The notes: a model not told the origin generated them from the sequence alone. 64,000 nucleotides of DNA from Eledone cirrhosa (GCA_964016885.1 OZ024741.1:254634001-254698000); one strand, 5' to 3'; counted from the first letter of the stretch, positions 48,532 to 60,171 are shown. Numbers and translations are program-made.

Positions 48532-48586
48532 ACTGCTATATACATTTCGGTGACAGCCATCTTTGGCTGTGACCTCTTCAGGCAGT
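48532..48586 (-). ncRNA. Type I hammerhead motif (family E)
   Basis: Reverse complement reads actgc-CTGAAGA-ggtcacagcca aaga tggctgtcacc-GAAA-tgtata-TA-gcagt; perfect 5-bp stem I and a long stem II. Confidence 0.82.
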
Positions 48587-48747
48587 CCGAATTAGTGTGG
48601 TATAGACAAATACATATGTTGTTGAAGTGTATAACCATGTCAATACTCTGATATGCCCAGTTCCTGGTTGGGTTGTTATTTCACTGAGGAACTGGAATCA
48701 TATACACCTCAACAATATATGTACTTGTCTATACCACACTAATTCGG

Positions 48748-48802
48748 ACTGCCTGAAGAGGTCACAGCCAAAGATGGCTGTGCCCGAAATATACATAGTA
48801 GT
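48748..48802 (+). ncRNA. Type I hammerhead motif (family E, second copy)
   Basis: actgc-CTGAAGA-ggtcacagcca aaga tggctgtgccc-GAAA-tataca-TA-gtagt. Confidence 0.78.
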
Positions 48803-48853
48803 AATAAACGAAGCTAAATTTTAAACATTTGACTTATTTATTTTATTTTATTT

Positions 48854-48966
<113 letters not shown>

Positions 48967-49112
48967 TTTGGAGGCCATGGGTTTAGCGTAGTGTGAGAGG
49001 AGAATTTGGGCTCTCTCGTCTATAGTGTTAATCCAGAGTTCCGTGTCTAATACAGGTAGTCTATTGTTAGGGTGATTGGAAGGATAGTCGATAGTTACAG
49101 TTATACTCTGGT

Positions 49113-50025
49113 TAAACCCATGGCCTCCAAATACCTGATACTCAAAAACTCACCAATCTCCAGTAGTGCTAAGTTTAATATTCTGATCGCAGACTTGGTA
49201 CGAGTGATGAAGAACGTGTCCCGCATGTGCGACCCAACACAAATGGAAAGACACATCCAACACTTTATCAACCGCATGCAGTTCTCTGGCTACAACCAAA
49301 GAGACAGAATCAGAGTATACGAAGGAGCCACGGAGAAGTATAAGACCCTCATAGAACTGGACATGAAAGGAATTTGCCTATTATACAGGAGCAAATCATG
49401 GAATAGCTTAGATAGGACTAGACATAAGAAGGGGAAAGCCACCTCATGGTACGACAACCAGAGATACCAGAGTGTCATGTTCGTGGACGCTACCCCTGGA
49501 GGGAAATTAGCTAACCAGTGTAGAAAGGCCCTGAGAAAGACCCACTTAAAGATTAAGGTGGTAGAAAAGCCAGGAACCACCATAAAATCCTTGATCAGCA
49601 AAACCTACCCTTTTAAGAAAACCCACTGTACTAATAGGAAATGTATTATATGTAAAGTAAATCCCCGAATAAACTGTAAAACTAGAAACATAGTCTATAG
49701 CATAAGATGTACAGAGGGTACTTGCAGAAACGTGACAACAACATACATAGGCGAGACAGCTCGTAGCATAGGTGAAAGGATAGACCAACACTGGAGGGGA
49801 CTAAAAGGACGAAAAAACGGTTCAGTACTATACGAACACGCCAGACAACAACATGACGGTAACATAGACAACATAGAAATTAGAATAATATCTAAACATA
49901 GAAATGACCCAGCAGATAGGCAAATCAGAGAGGCCAGCGAAATAGAACTTAGAAGGCCAAACCTAAACAGAAAAAATGAATGGAATAACAACACCCAAAC
50001 AAACAATACTGACCTAAGAGAAGTA

Positions 50026-50028
<3 letters not shown>
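49113..50028 (+). pseudogene. Penelope-like ORF C-terminal part: RT thumb, linker and GIY-YIG endonuclease
   Basis: KPMASKY..., FSGY, FVDATPGGKLA, C..C..C zinc linker, NIVYSIRC...YIGETARSIGERIDQH, RQIREA, LNRKNEW. Open frame but lacks the RT core. Confidence 0.92.
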
Positions 50029-50056
<28 letters not shown>

Positions 50057-50281
50057 ATACACAAGCACAATAACAACAAACACATATAAGCACACACTAG
50101 TAAACTAAGATAGAATACAATAACCAAAGCACAGTCACCCAAACACGAACACACACCAAACACTATACACACACGAAAACGCATGCGCAGAGAAGAAGAC
50201 AAAAATAAATAAATAAATAAATAAACAGATTAAATAAAGATGGCGTAGACATACAATACAATAGGAGGAACATAATAGCAC

Positions 50282-50319
50282 CACTGACGATGTTGCAGAT
50301 GTGCAACGAAAGAACTTTG
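50282..50319 (+). ncRNA. Hammerhead motif (family D variant) in the 3' end of the plus-strand Penelope element
   Basis: ca-CTGACGA-t-gttgca gatg tgcaac-GAAA-gaac-TT-tg; stem II co-varies with gtcaca/tgtgac of family D. Confidence 0.72.
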
Positions 50320-50514
50320 TTAGACTATATATATGTGTTTGTGTCTATGTCTATATTATATCTGTATTTTTGAGCGTTGATTAGTCAATGGTAAACATTG
50401 AGGATCGAATAAATTAAATTAACTGATATAAAAGATACAGAAGCGAAAGCCAACCAAACAGTGAGTGTGTTCTGTTATTAATTCTGGCAATATTATTACA
50501 CAAATATGACCCTC

Positions 50515-50574
<60 letters not shown>

Positions 50575-50593
50575 TTATATATATATATATATA

Positions 50594-50668
<75 letters not shown>

Positions 50669-50810
50669 ATACTTTGGGAGGGTCATGTTGCCAATAAGAA
50701 ACACACGCACCAGTTGCTTTCACTTCAATTTATTATAATAGATTTATAAATTTAGGAATTTATGAATTTCCGGTTGGTTGGTTCCACAACCAGATAGTTG
50801 TTTATATATT

Positions 50811-50853
50811 GTCAAAGTTCTTTCGTCACACATTCTGTGACCTCTTCAGTGAC
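50811..50853 (-). ncRNA. Hammerhead motif family D in the 3' pseudo-LTR
   Basis: Exact reverse complement of the motif at 47684-47726, in the same sense as the RT ORF. Confidence 0.75.
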
Positions 50854-51061
50854 TGGGGATTCTTTTCTTTGTTTTTGTGCCTCTCCTTTGTTCTGTCCTA
50901 CGTTATTTTGTTTCTGTGTGTGTGTTGTGTGTTGTGTGCTCAGTCTGCGCATGCGCCACATCCGGGTGTCTGTGTGTGTTTATATTCGTTTATTTATTTG
51001 TTTATTTACATGTTACAGGTTGGTTGTTTGTTCTATGTGCGTGTGTGTTTTCATTATGTCC

Positions 51062-54048
51062 TTAATTGTAAGTTGTGATGTTGCTGTTCCACTCATATTT
51101 TCTATTTAATTTTGGTTGTAATTCTTTTATGTTTATTGCCTCTGTGATTTGTCTAAACATTGCGCCTTTTCTGTGTGTAGATTATATTTTTATTTCTATG
51201 TTCTCTAATTTACCCTTGTGTTCTATTTTAGCATGTTGGTAGAGTATAGATGATTCTTTACTATCTTGAAGGTTTCGCCAGTGTTCATTTATCCGTTCCC
51301 CTACACTACGAGCTGTCTCACCTATGTACACTATATTTTTGTCTCTACATTGTCCCTCAGTACGTCTTATGCTATATACTACATTTCTAGTTTTACAGTT
51401 AATATGGGGGCTTAATTTACAGGTTATACAGTTCTTATCTATACAGGGGGTCTTTGAAAAGGGTATGTCTTGCTAATAAGTGTTTTTCCGGAGGTACCTG
51501 GTCTTTCTACTATCTTAATATTGAGTTTATGTTTATCTAGGGCCCTTCTAAATTTGTAAGCTAATTCACCTCTAGGGGTTGTATCGATGAACATTACACT
51601 CTGGTATTTATTGCTATCATACCATGAATTTATTCTATTAGCCTTGTTCCTAGTTCTTTCTATTCTATTCCAAAATTTGCTCCTATACAAGGGGCAGGTC
51701 CCATTTGTGTCATTATTTACCATTTTTTTCCCATTTGGTTCTGGCTCCTCTATACACTCTGATTTTATCTCTCTGATTGTAACCAGAGAACTGCATACGG
51801 TGGATGAAGTGTTGTATGTGTCTCTCTAGTTCTTCGGGGTTGCACATGCGGGACACGTTTCTCATCACCCGTACCAAATCCGCAATCAGTATGTTGATTT
51901 TGGTATGGTCCGAAACAGCTGAGTTTCGGTGGATCAGATATTTGGAAGTCATGGGTTTGGCATAATGGGAATAGAGGATTTGTTTTTTATTATTAATGGT
52001 ATCTAACCACAGCTCTGTTGTCTAGTACAGGTAATCGATGGTTGGGGTGTTTACTTGGGTAGTCTATAGTAACTCTAATACTCTGGTGGATGGAGTTAGC
52101 TATTTGCTGGATGCTTTCCATTGTGTTTTTCTCTAGTTCCTGACTGTTCTCTAGTGGGGGTGTTTTAACTACGATGTTTATATCATCAACGTAACGGGAG
52201 TACATTATCAGGGTTAAGGGGTCTTCTAATTGTTCTTTAAGTTTAAGTTTAAGTCTACTGTCCCACCATACCATGAATAAGTTAGCTATGTCGCCTGCAA
52301 TGCTAACACCAATGGCTGCTCCTTCCTCTTGGGCATATGTTTTTCCATTAAATTTGAACATATGTTCGTTAAGGGTTAATTTTATGCTGGCCCCCACCGC
52401 ATGTGCAATCATTTTCTTTAGTTCATCGTGGTTTTTGGGTGTCCGTATGGCTCTGGTCCACCCGTTCCATCTATCTGTGTGGGTTTTCTTGGCCATTGAG
52501 GTAATGGTAGGTGGTCTGCCTCTTTCTGGTCTTGTAGGGCACAGGTTGCTAAGGTCATATGTGTCTAGGTAATTATTACTATAGGTAAGTTTAAGTAGGA
52601 GTCCCAGCTCACTGGTATTAATCCCACGAAACTCAACATTGCTCTCACTGATCATTTCTACGTATTTCTCCACAGCAAAATCCACGTCAATAGATGGATA
52701 CAGGGACACAACATCCATACTACCTATTATGCAGTTTGTTAGGTCCCTGATCGGTTAGCCCCACCGATTCTGCTGAGGAGGTCCTCCGTGCTGTCACATA
52801 CATCTGGGGACATTTCAATGATGGGGCGTATGATCAGGGAGAGGAAGTAGGACAGTCTGTAGTTACTAGCAATGTTAGCTCCACAGACTGGCCGTGCTGG
52901 TGGTCCCGTGACAGGGTCACTGCCCGTTTTATGGTCTTTTCGAAGCCCATACAACGCCGGCACGTCATTGTTCCAGGCTTGGAAGTTTTTGGCAGTCCTT
53001 TTGTTGGGCTGCATTATATTCGTCCACATCACCATGTGGGCATTGAGGGCTTTTTCTCTATCCTCATGCTCCTGTGGTGTTACCTCTCTTGTGTTAGTGA
53101 TGTGGGGTTGCATTGCCTGGATGTAGTTTGGCAGGCTGTCAACCGACATTCTGCCAGACTTGTCTGTTGGAAAGCATGCTATCTCTCCATTACGCGAGCG
53201 TTGCATGAGCTTACGCAAGCCATTTGCAGTTTTATCTCCCAGCTGCTGGGCCTCCATTCTATTATGTTTTTTGCTATACTGTTCTATAATATTTCTAAGT
53301 TCGGATCTAGCTATACTAAATTGTGCTTCTGTTTGTTCATCGACCTGCGACGGCAATTGCGTGCGTTTGTTAAATGGTAAAGTCGTGGCGTGGACTCATC
53401 GCAGGTCGAACGACTTATCGGAGGGATTATAAAAAGTAGAGTTCCAGGCTGCTGCTTTATATGTACTAGTGCTATTGTTATTGTTAGTTGTGTTGTTTCT
53501 ATTTCTATTTCCACCAACAGCCTCATGGTTGTTTCTATGTCTCTCATTATTACTCCTGTCTCTTTCCACTGGCTCATTGTTATTATCTACTCTATTTTGT
53601 GCGTCTGTGTGTTCGTCTTGGTTATTTTCTTTGTCCATAGTCTCCCTTCTTTTTTTTTTTATTATCCTATTACCTTCCCTTTTTTCTGTGCTACTGTCAT
53701 TACTTGTTTTCTGTGTCTGTGTGTTTGTTAAGATTGTGGTGGTGGTGAGAGGCATTGAATGTGTGTGTGTTGTTGTTGTTGTTGTTGATGTGTGTTGTTG
53801 TTGTTGTCTCCGTGTGTGTTGTTATTGTTGTGTGTGTTGTTATTGTTGTTTGTGTCTGCGTGTCTGTTGTTGTTGTTTCTGAGTATGTTATTATTGTTGA
53901 TGTGTGTGTTGTTGTTATTGTTGTTTGTGTCTGTGTGTCTGTTGTTGTTAGGATGTGTGTTGTATATGTGTGTGCGTATGTTGTTACTTTTGTTTTTGTT
54001 TTTGTCGCTCCAACGTAATTTTGTAAATGATTTTTCTATTTCTGACAA
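51062..54048 (-). pseudogene. Frameshifted Penelope-like reverse transcriptase / GIY-YIG polyprotein
   Basis: EIEKSFTKLRW (N-terminal), PTDKSG, PALYGLRKDHK..PARPV, MDVVSLYPSI (motif A), QEEGAAIG (motif B), YSRYVDD (motif C), LPVLD. Manual translation of ~51445-51062 gives CITCK..NCKTRNVVYSI...VYIGETARSVGER. Several frameshifts. Confidence 0.93.
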
Positions 54049-54066
54049 ACAACTAATTCAGAAACG

Positions 54067-54107
<41 letters not shown>

Positions 54108-54114
<7 letters not shown>

Positions 54115-54468
54115 ATACTTTGGGAGGGTCATGTTTCCAATAAGAAACACACGCACCAGTTGCTTTCACCTCAATTTATTATATATCTATAAATTTATAA
54201 ATCTACAAATCTACAAATTTATAAATTTCTGGTTGGTTGGTTGGTTCCACAACCAAACTATCTGGTTGTGGAACCAACCAACCAACCACAAATTTATAAA
54301 TTTGTAGATTTGTAGATTTATAAATTTATAGATATATAATAAATTGAAGTGAAAGCAACTGGTGCGTGTGTTTCTTATTGGCAATATGACCCTCCCAAAG
54401 TATAACAATATCGGTTTCAACACACGATTTCAGATAAAGAATCTTGCTAAACAAATTCAGAAACGAAA
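54108..54468. mobile_element. Shorter fold-back of the same Penelope 3' end (~145-bp arms, no hammerhead) plus the ~55-bp tail
   Basis: attgttatactttgggagggtc...ggttccacaacca mirrored to ...gaccctcccaaagtataacaat, then the same tail as 47885-47940. Confidence 0.9.
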
Positions 54469-54480
54469 TATATATATATA

Positions 54481-54760
54481 TAGTGAAAGAGTGAAGAATA
54501 TTATAGTCGGCTGTACAAAAATGGTTTTATTTTAAGTATTAACAATTGTTTCACTGTTCAGGTGAGTCTATAGGCCGCTAATCACTCGACCTTAAATACA
54601 GTGCGTGTCTCTGATCAAATCATCGGAATACTGGTCGAGTGACGCAATTTCGAGTGATTAGCGGCCTTTAGACTCACCTGATCAATGAAACAATTGTTAA
54701 TACTGTAAATAAAATCCTTTTTGTACAGCCGACCATATTATTCTTCACTCTTTCACTATA
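54481..54760. mobile_element. Unrelated fold-back element with ~110-bp inverted arms inserted in (TA)n
   Basis: tagtgaaagagtgaagaata...atcactcga mirrors tcgagtgatt...tattcttcactctttcacta; TA on both flanks. Confidence 0.85.
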
Positions 54761-54768
54761 TATATATG

Positions 54769-54836
<68 letters not shown>

Positions 54837-55389
54837 CATATATATATACAATAAGTAATGTCTCTTAAATGATAGAATAAATGAAGCTGGTATGGAAGGA
54901 TGTTATATAGATATTTAATGAAATCCGTAAAGCAGGAAAGACGATAAAGGTTTCAAAGATAAATGTTTAGAATATGTGTTTTAAAAACCGTTTGAAAACT
55001 AAAAAAGTATCGGTAGTTGAGTGGTACAATCGCTGGTTATATAATTGTATAACTGCTAATTTTAAATGGCAAAGACTATTCGGAGTTCAATTTCACCTGA
55101 AAGAGGAATAATTTTGCTAGCAAGGAGGAGGTAAAATGTAGAAGCATGATTCGCTGGGTCGTTCCCCGCTCGCCACGGCGTCGACTGTGTGTGTCAGTGT
55201 GTGTATGATATCTATGGGACAGAATCTCTAAACAAGTGTGATAGTTTATTCTCTCTTTTGTTACCGTATTTCTAATTTGAAGGAGGGATGTAGTAATGTA
55301 ATATAACTGAAAGAGTGTAACTGTGTTTAGGTTGTTCAGTTGATTATCATTAGGTATTGAGTTTGACCTTGACCAAGAGACATTATTTA

Positions 55390-55568
55390 ATGTTGCTCTT
55401 GTCCCCTCAGCTGGATTCCAAAGGTCAAGGTATCACTGTCATGCTGAATATCCTTGAGAATTGCATTAAGGAATTAGTCATATTAATTTTACAGCCAAGC
55501 TGTTCCAAATAAATGGATCCCTCATCATCAGAGCAGACGAACGTCCAACAACAACAACAACAACAACA
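55390..55568 (+). mobile_element. Probable SINE/LINE 3' fragment ending in an (AAC)n tail
   Basis: Mixed sequence terminating in an (aac)n run; family assignment is by recollected resemblance only. Confidence 0.35.
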
Positions 55569-55659
55569 GAAATATAACTAAGTTATGGTCCCGACTCCAT
55601 TATCGATCTGCTCTTCAGATTCTGAGTCAATCCTCTGCGAAACCCGTGTAACGCAATAA

Positions 55660-55900
55660 TATATTGTTATAATTTAGGAGGGTCATGCTGCCAATAAAAA
55701 CATACGCACCTGTTGGTTTTCACAAAACTTTATTATAAACTCCCAATCAGTTTAATAACCAGATGGTTATTTAGTTGTTGTTGATTGTCAAAGCTCTTTC
55801 GTCACATATTCTGGGACTTCCTCAGTAACTACTTTAGTAGTTATTTTGTGTCTCTCCTTTGTTCTGTCCTACACCATCAAAAACAAGATGGCGTATGTGT
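55660..55900 (-). mobile_element. Older diverged solo copy of the Penelope pseudo-LTR, including a hammerhead remnant at 55787-55829
   Basis: attgttata..ggagggtcatgctgccaata, ttgtcaaagctctttcgtcaca and tctcctttgttctgtcctac align with 47398-47630. Confidence 0.8.
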
Positions 55901-56218
55901 GTGTATGAATAAAAAATATGGGCACAGACAAGAAAATGAACGAATGCAGACATTAGTCTCATCTCATCAGTTGACTGCTAGAGATACGTTGTTTCGATGC
56001 TTTATATGTGTGTGTAAACAGGTAAAATATATTAATTATTTTTATACAGAAAATTTCGTTCCAATTTTTATTGTTCTTGTTAATTTAGAAATAATTTAGC
56101 AATTATTCTAGAAAAACTCCGGGATTCCTTGTTTTGTTTATTACTTTTCGTTACGCAGACGATCAGTGCAAGGGAGATCACTCTTAGCTTTAAAATTATC
56201 TTTTATACATTTATTTCA

Positions 56219-56385
56219 GGCGGCGAATTGTCAGTCGTTAGAAAGTCAGATAGAATGCTTTACGGTTTTTGTTTCGGCTCTCTATTCTCTGAGTTCAAAT
56301 TCCACCGAGTCCAACTTTGCCTTCCATCCATTCGAGGTCGATAAAAAGTACCAACCCAGTACTGGGATCACTGCGATCGATTTTT
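56219..56385 (+). mobile_element. tRNA-headed SINE, related to 48094-48270
   Basis: ctgagttcaaattcc B-box followed by aactttgccttccatccattcgaggtcgataaaaagtacc. Confidence 0.7.
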
Positions 56386-57035
56386 CCTCTATATCTCTTT
56401 CTCACTTCCTCTCTCTCACTCTCTATCTTTCTATGGAAGAAATCTGCTGTATTTAGACCTGGAGAGGGGATGGGCTCCATCAGATTTTTTTAAATGCCCT
56501 AGAGACGCCGTCTATCAGTCAATACGACACACGTAAGACTCCCTCGGGAGACACGAGACCATACATGCTGCAATGAGTGTCTGACGGATAATAAAATTGT
56601 AAATAAATGTATAAATTTCTAGGATAAAATTACATAAAAATAATAAAGAATTTAACATTTAGTCAAAACTTTTCGAAAAAGAAAGAAGGGTTTTTTTTAT
56701 CCATAAACAGGATATAAATTATTGCGAAAGATATCCAAATACCTCATGTTGACGTTCCGCTTCCTTTCTGTGTCGGTCACCATCGAGACCTCCGATGTCC
56801 TCGGTACCCGGATTGCTGTTTATCTCGCCTAAGGAAAGGGCCACGTGAAGAGGGTGACAGTGTGTATCGCTAGCTGTTCTTGACAGCAATGTTACCGCCC
56901 TTTTGTCGGCAAGGTGTCGTAGCTCAGATGCACCTGTCATGACTGCGATGTAGAATCTGGCCCCTCTCTTCTTCCTTTGTGTTATATAAGTTTTTTTTTT
57001 TTTTGTTCTTTCTTCATGCATATTATGCAAACTAT

Positions 57036-57260
57036 TTGTCTTCTTCTTGCTCGCCGAGGCTGGAGTCGTCCTGAGCCAGCGATCCCAAAGCATTGTTGTG
57101 CGTAGAACCGACCAGCTCCACCAACGCCCTCTATCGCTGGCGGTCCCGTGCCAGCTCATCCGCATCCCCCACGATGATGTCGAACCCCCAGTGACACCCC
57201 CACCGCACCCCCGATGTCAACCTGCCTGCAGCCGCTGCGTCGAACGAGAGCAAGGCCCTA
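57036..57260 (-). mobile_element. Degenerate 3' end of an RTE-like LINE
   Basis: Manual minus-strand translation SWGDADELARDRQR*RALVELV resembles the W..A...A.DR..WR.LV C-terminus of RTE ORFs; followed by a short caagaagaag tail. Confidence 0.55.
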
Positions 57261-57504
57261 ATTTAGTCTGCAGAGACTCGTGTGTGCATTTAGTTGTGCA
57301 ATGATGTGGTTTGCAGGAGTATATGTGTGCATTTTTTGTGTAATTAGGTAGTTTGCAGAGGTGCATGTGTGCATTTGGTTGTGAAATGATGATTAAATAA
57401 AAAATGAAACACGATATAAATATACATATATCAATTTTATTCAGAATATATAAATAATTTGTATAATTTATGCTGGCATATTTTATAGCAAAGCTTTATT
57501 TTGG

Positions 57505-59054
57505 GGTGGGAGGAGTCAAAAATATACAAGCTCTTGATAGGTGGGGAGTCAAAAACATACAAGCTCGTGGTTGGGGGGGAGTCAAAAACATACAAGTTTG
57601 TGGTTGGGGGGGAGTCAAAAACATACAAGCTCGTGGTTGGTGGGGAGTCAAAAACATACAAGCTCGTGGTTGGGGGGGAGTCAAAAACATACAAGCTCGT
57701 GGTTGGTGGGGAGTCAAAAACATACAAGCTCGTGGTTGGTGGGGAGTCAAAAACATACAAGTTTGTGGTTGGGGGAAGTCAAAAACATACAAGTTCGTGG
57801 TTGGTGGGGAGTCAAAAACATACAAGCTCGTGGTTGGTGGGGAGTCAAAAACATACAAGTTTGTGGTTGGGGGGAGTCAAAAACATACAAGCTCGTGGTT
57901 GGTGGGGAGTCAAAAACATACAAGCTCGTGGTTGGTGGGGGGTCAAAAACATACAAGCTCGTGGTTGGTGGGGGGGTGTTAAAATATACAAGCTCTTGGT
58001 TGGGGGGGAGTCAAAAACATACAAGCTCTTGGTTGGGGGGGGGGTCAAAAACATACAAGCTCGTGGTTGAGGGGGTGGAGTAAAAAAGATACAAGTTCGT
58101 GGTAAGGGGGGTGGCAAAACGTACAAGCTCGTGGTTGGGGGGGTCAAAACATACAAGCTCGTGTTGGGGGGTCAAAAACATACAAGCTCGAGGTTGAGGG
58201 GGTGGAGTCAAAAACATACAAGTTCGTGGTGGGGGCGGGTCAAAAACGTACAATCTCGTGGTTAGGGGGGGGTCAAAACATACAAGCTCGTGTTGGAGGG
58301 TCAAAACATACAAGCTCGTGGTTCGGGGGTCAAAAGATACAAGCTCATGGTTCGGGGGTCAAAAAGATACAAGCTCGTGGTTCGGGGGTCAAAACATACA
58401 AGCTCGTGGTTCGGGGGTCAAAAAGATACAAGCTCGTGTTGGAGGATCAAAATATACAAGCTCGTGGTTCGGGGGTCAAAAAGATACAAGCTCGTGGTTC
58501 GGGGGTCAAAAAGATACAAGCTCGTGGTTCGGGGGTCAAAAAGATACAAGCTCGTGGTTCGGGGGTCAAAAGATACAAGCTCGTGGTTCGGGGGTCAAAA
58601 AGATACAAGCTCGTGGTTCGGGGGTCAAAAGATACAAGCTCGTGGTTCGGGGGTCAAAAAGATACAAGCTCGTGGTTCGGGGGTCAAAAGATACAAGCTC
58701 GTGGTTCGGGGGTCAAAAAGATACAAGCTCGTGGTTCGGGGGTCAAAAAGATACAAGCTCGTGGTTCGGGGGTCAAAAAGATACAAGCTCGTGGTTCGGG
58801 GGTCAAAAGATACAAGCTCGTGGTTCGGGGGTCAAAAAGATACAAGCTCGTGGTTCGGGGGTCAAAAGATACAAGCTCGTGGTTCGGGGGTCAAAAGATA
58901 CAAGCTCGTGGTTCGGGGGTCAAAAAGATACAAGCTCGTGGTTCGGGGGTCAAAAAGATACAAGCTCGTGGTTCGGGGGTCAAAAGATACAAGCTCGTGG
59001 TTCGGGGGTCAAAAAGATACAAGCTCGTGGTTCGGGGGTCAAAAGATACAAGCT
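57505..59054. repeat. G-rich minisatellite, 29-33 bp unit GGGG(A/G)GTCAAAAA(C/G)ATACAAGCTCGTGGTT
   Basis: About 50 tandem units read directly; the overlapping ORFs here are repeat artefacts. Confidence 0.97.
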
Positions 59055-59114
59055 AGTCCATAAATTTGTATATTTTAAACAAAAAGCCAAAGCATACTAA
59101 TGCTGGGGAAACAA

Positions 59115-59280
59115 ATGCCGTCATGGCTGCGGAGTTAAAGTGTTTGCCTCGCAATCATGTCGTTTGGGGTTCAGTCTTGCTGTGTGACATCTTCAGCAAG
59201 TCTTTTCTACTAAAGCGTCAGGTAGACCAATAAATTGTGAATGAAATTTGGCAGAAGAAACTGTGTGGAAGCCCAACGTG
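59115..59280 (+). mobile_element. Probable degenerate tRNA-headed SINE ending in a TA/TG microsatellite
   Basis: catggctgcggagttaa (A-box-like) and ggggttcagtc (B-box-like); ends gaaactgtgtggaagccc then (TA)(TG)n. Confidence 0.5.
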
Positions 59281-59282
59281 TG

Positions 59283-59342
<60 letters not shown>

Positions 59343-59393
59343 ATATGTGTGTGTGTGTGTGTGTTATATATGTGTGTGTGTGTGTGTTATATA

Positions 59394-59428
<35 letters not shown>

Positions 59429-59519
59429 CTCGGGTTCAAACGGGGGGGGGGGGGTAACCACAGTAAGTACTCAATACATTGGTAAAGTGTAAACAACAAA
59501 TTTAATATATGATGATTTC

Positions 59520-59585
59520 CAACATCTTTGTTATGGTTGTTAATATTACTAGCTAACAATATTAACAACCATAACAAAGATGTTG
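59520..59585. repeat. Perfect 28-bp inverted repeat with a 10-nt loop
   Basis: caacatctttgttatggttgttaatatt-actagctaac-aatattaacaaccataacaaagatgttg. Confidence 0.95.
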
Positions 59586-59738
59586 AACTTATTAGCTGCA
59601 GATATAACAACTGCCCCAGCTAAACATGTGTATTCAACAGATGAAAATGCTGCGAATTTTAAAATGTTGTGAGTGTGTGTGTGTAAACGCAGACATAGTC
59701 ACATATGTATATGTGTGTGTGTCTGTGGCTATGTGTGG

Positions 59739-59775
<37 letters not shown>

Positions 59776-59819
59776 TGTGTGTATGTATGTGTACATATGT
59801 ATGTAGGTATGTATATATA

Positions 59820-60168
59820 GGAGGCACATGGCTTAGTGGTTAGATCATTGGCCTGCCTTGCAATTGAAAGGCTGTGAGTTCAATTCTCAGACCGGGTGAT
59901 GTGTTGTTTCCTTGAGCAAGACACTTTATTTCACATTGCTCCAGTTTACTCAGCTGTAGAAATGAGATGATAGGGACTGGGGTCCCTATCATTCCACTGC
60001 AAAGTGGTCGTGGAGGTGCCACGTCAAAAAACCACCCAGCACTCACTGTAAATGAGGTTGGTGTTAGGAAGGGCATCCAGCTGTAGATATCAAGCCAGAA
60101 TCAGTTCCCGTCCCACCCTTGCAAGCAGGGAAAAAGCGGATGTAAAATGAAATGATGATGATGATGAT
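59820..60168 (+). mobile_element. tRNA-headed SINE with a (GAT)n tail
   Basis: tggcttagtgg A-box and gagttcaattctc B-box; 3' part ggttggtgttaggaagggcatccagctgtaga...gatgatgatg is shared with copies at 61081 and 61214. Confidence 0.78.
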
Positions 60169-60171
60169 ATA

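Larger units (their letters stand above)
50664..54070 (-). mobile_element. Near full-length decayed Penelope-like retroelement (RT plus C-terminal GIY-YIG) inserted in (TA)n
   Basis: Collinear ORF fragments, a 3' pseudo-LTR with a hammerhead, and TA tracts at 50518-50663 and 54070-54109. Confidence 0.93.

Noticed and set aside
50664-54070. Naiad/Chlamys-type PLE or an intact active element
   Set aside because: The endonuclease is C-terminal to the RT rather than N-terminal, and the ORF is broken by several frameshifts and truncated at the 5' end.
56719-57165. 148-aa minus-strand ORF with an ALSLGEINSNPG segment resembling the GDxExNPGP motif of LINE N-termini or 2A-like peptides
   Set aside because: The motif is imperfect, the ORF crosses a poly-T tract and an RTE tail, and no endonuclease domain follows.
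57437-59100. Multiple overlapping repetitive ORFs
   Set aside because: Translations of the G-rich minisatellite.
59820-59905. tRNA gene
   Set aside because: A and B boxes are present but there is no convincing cloverleaf; it continues into a SINE body and tail.
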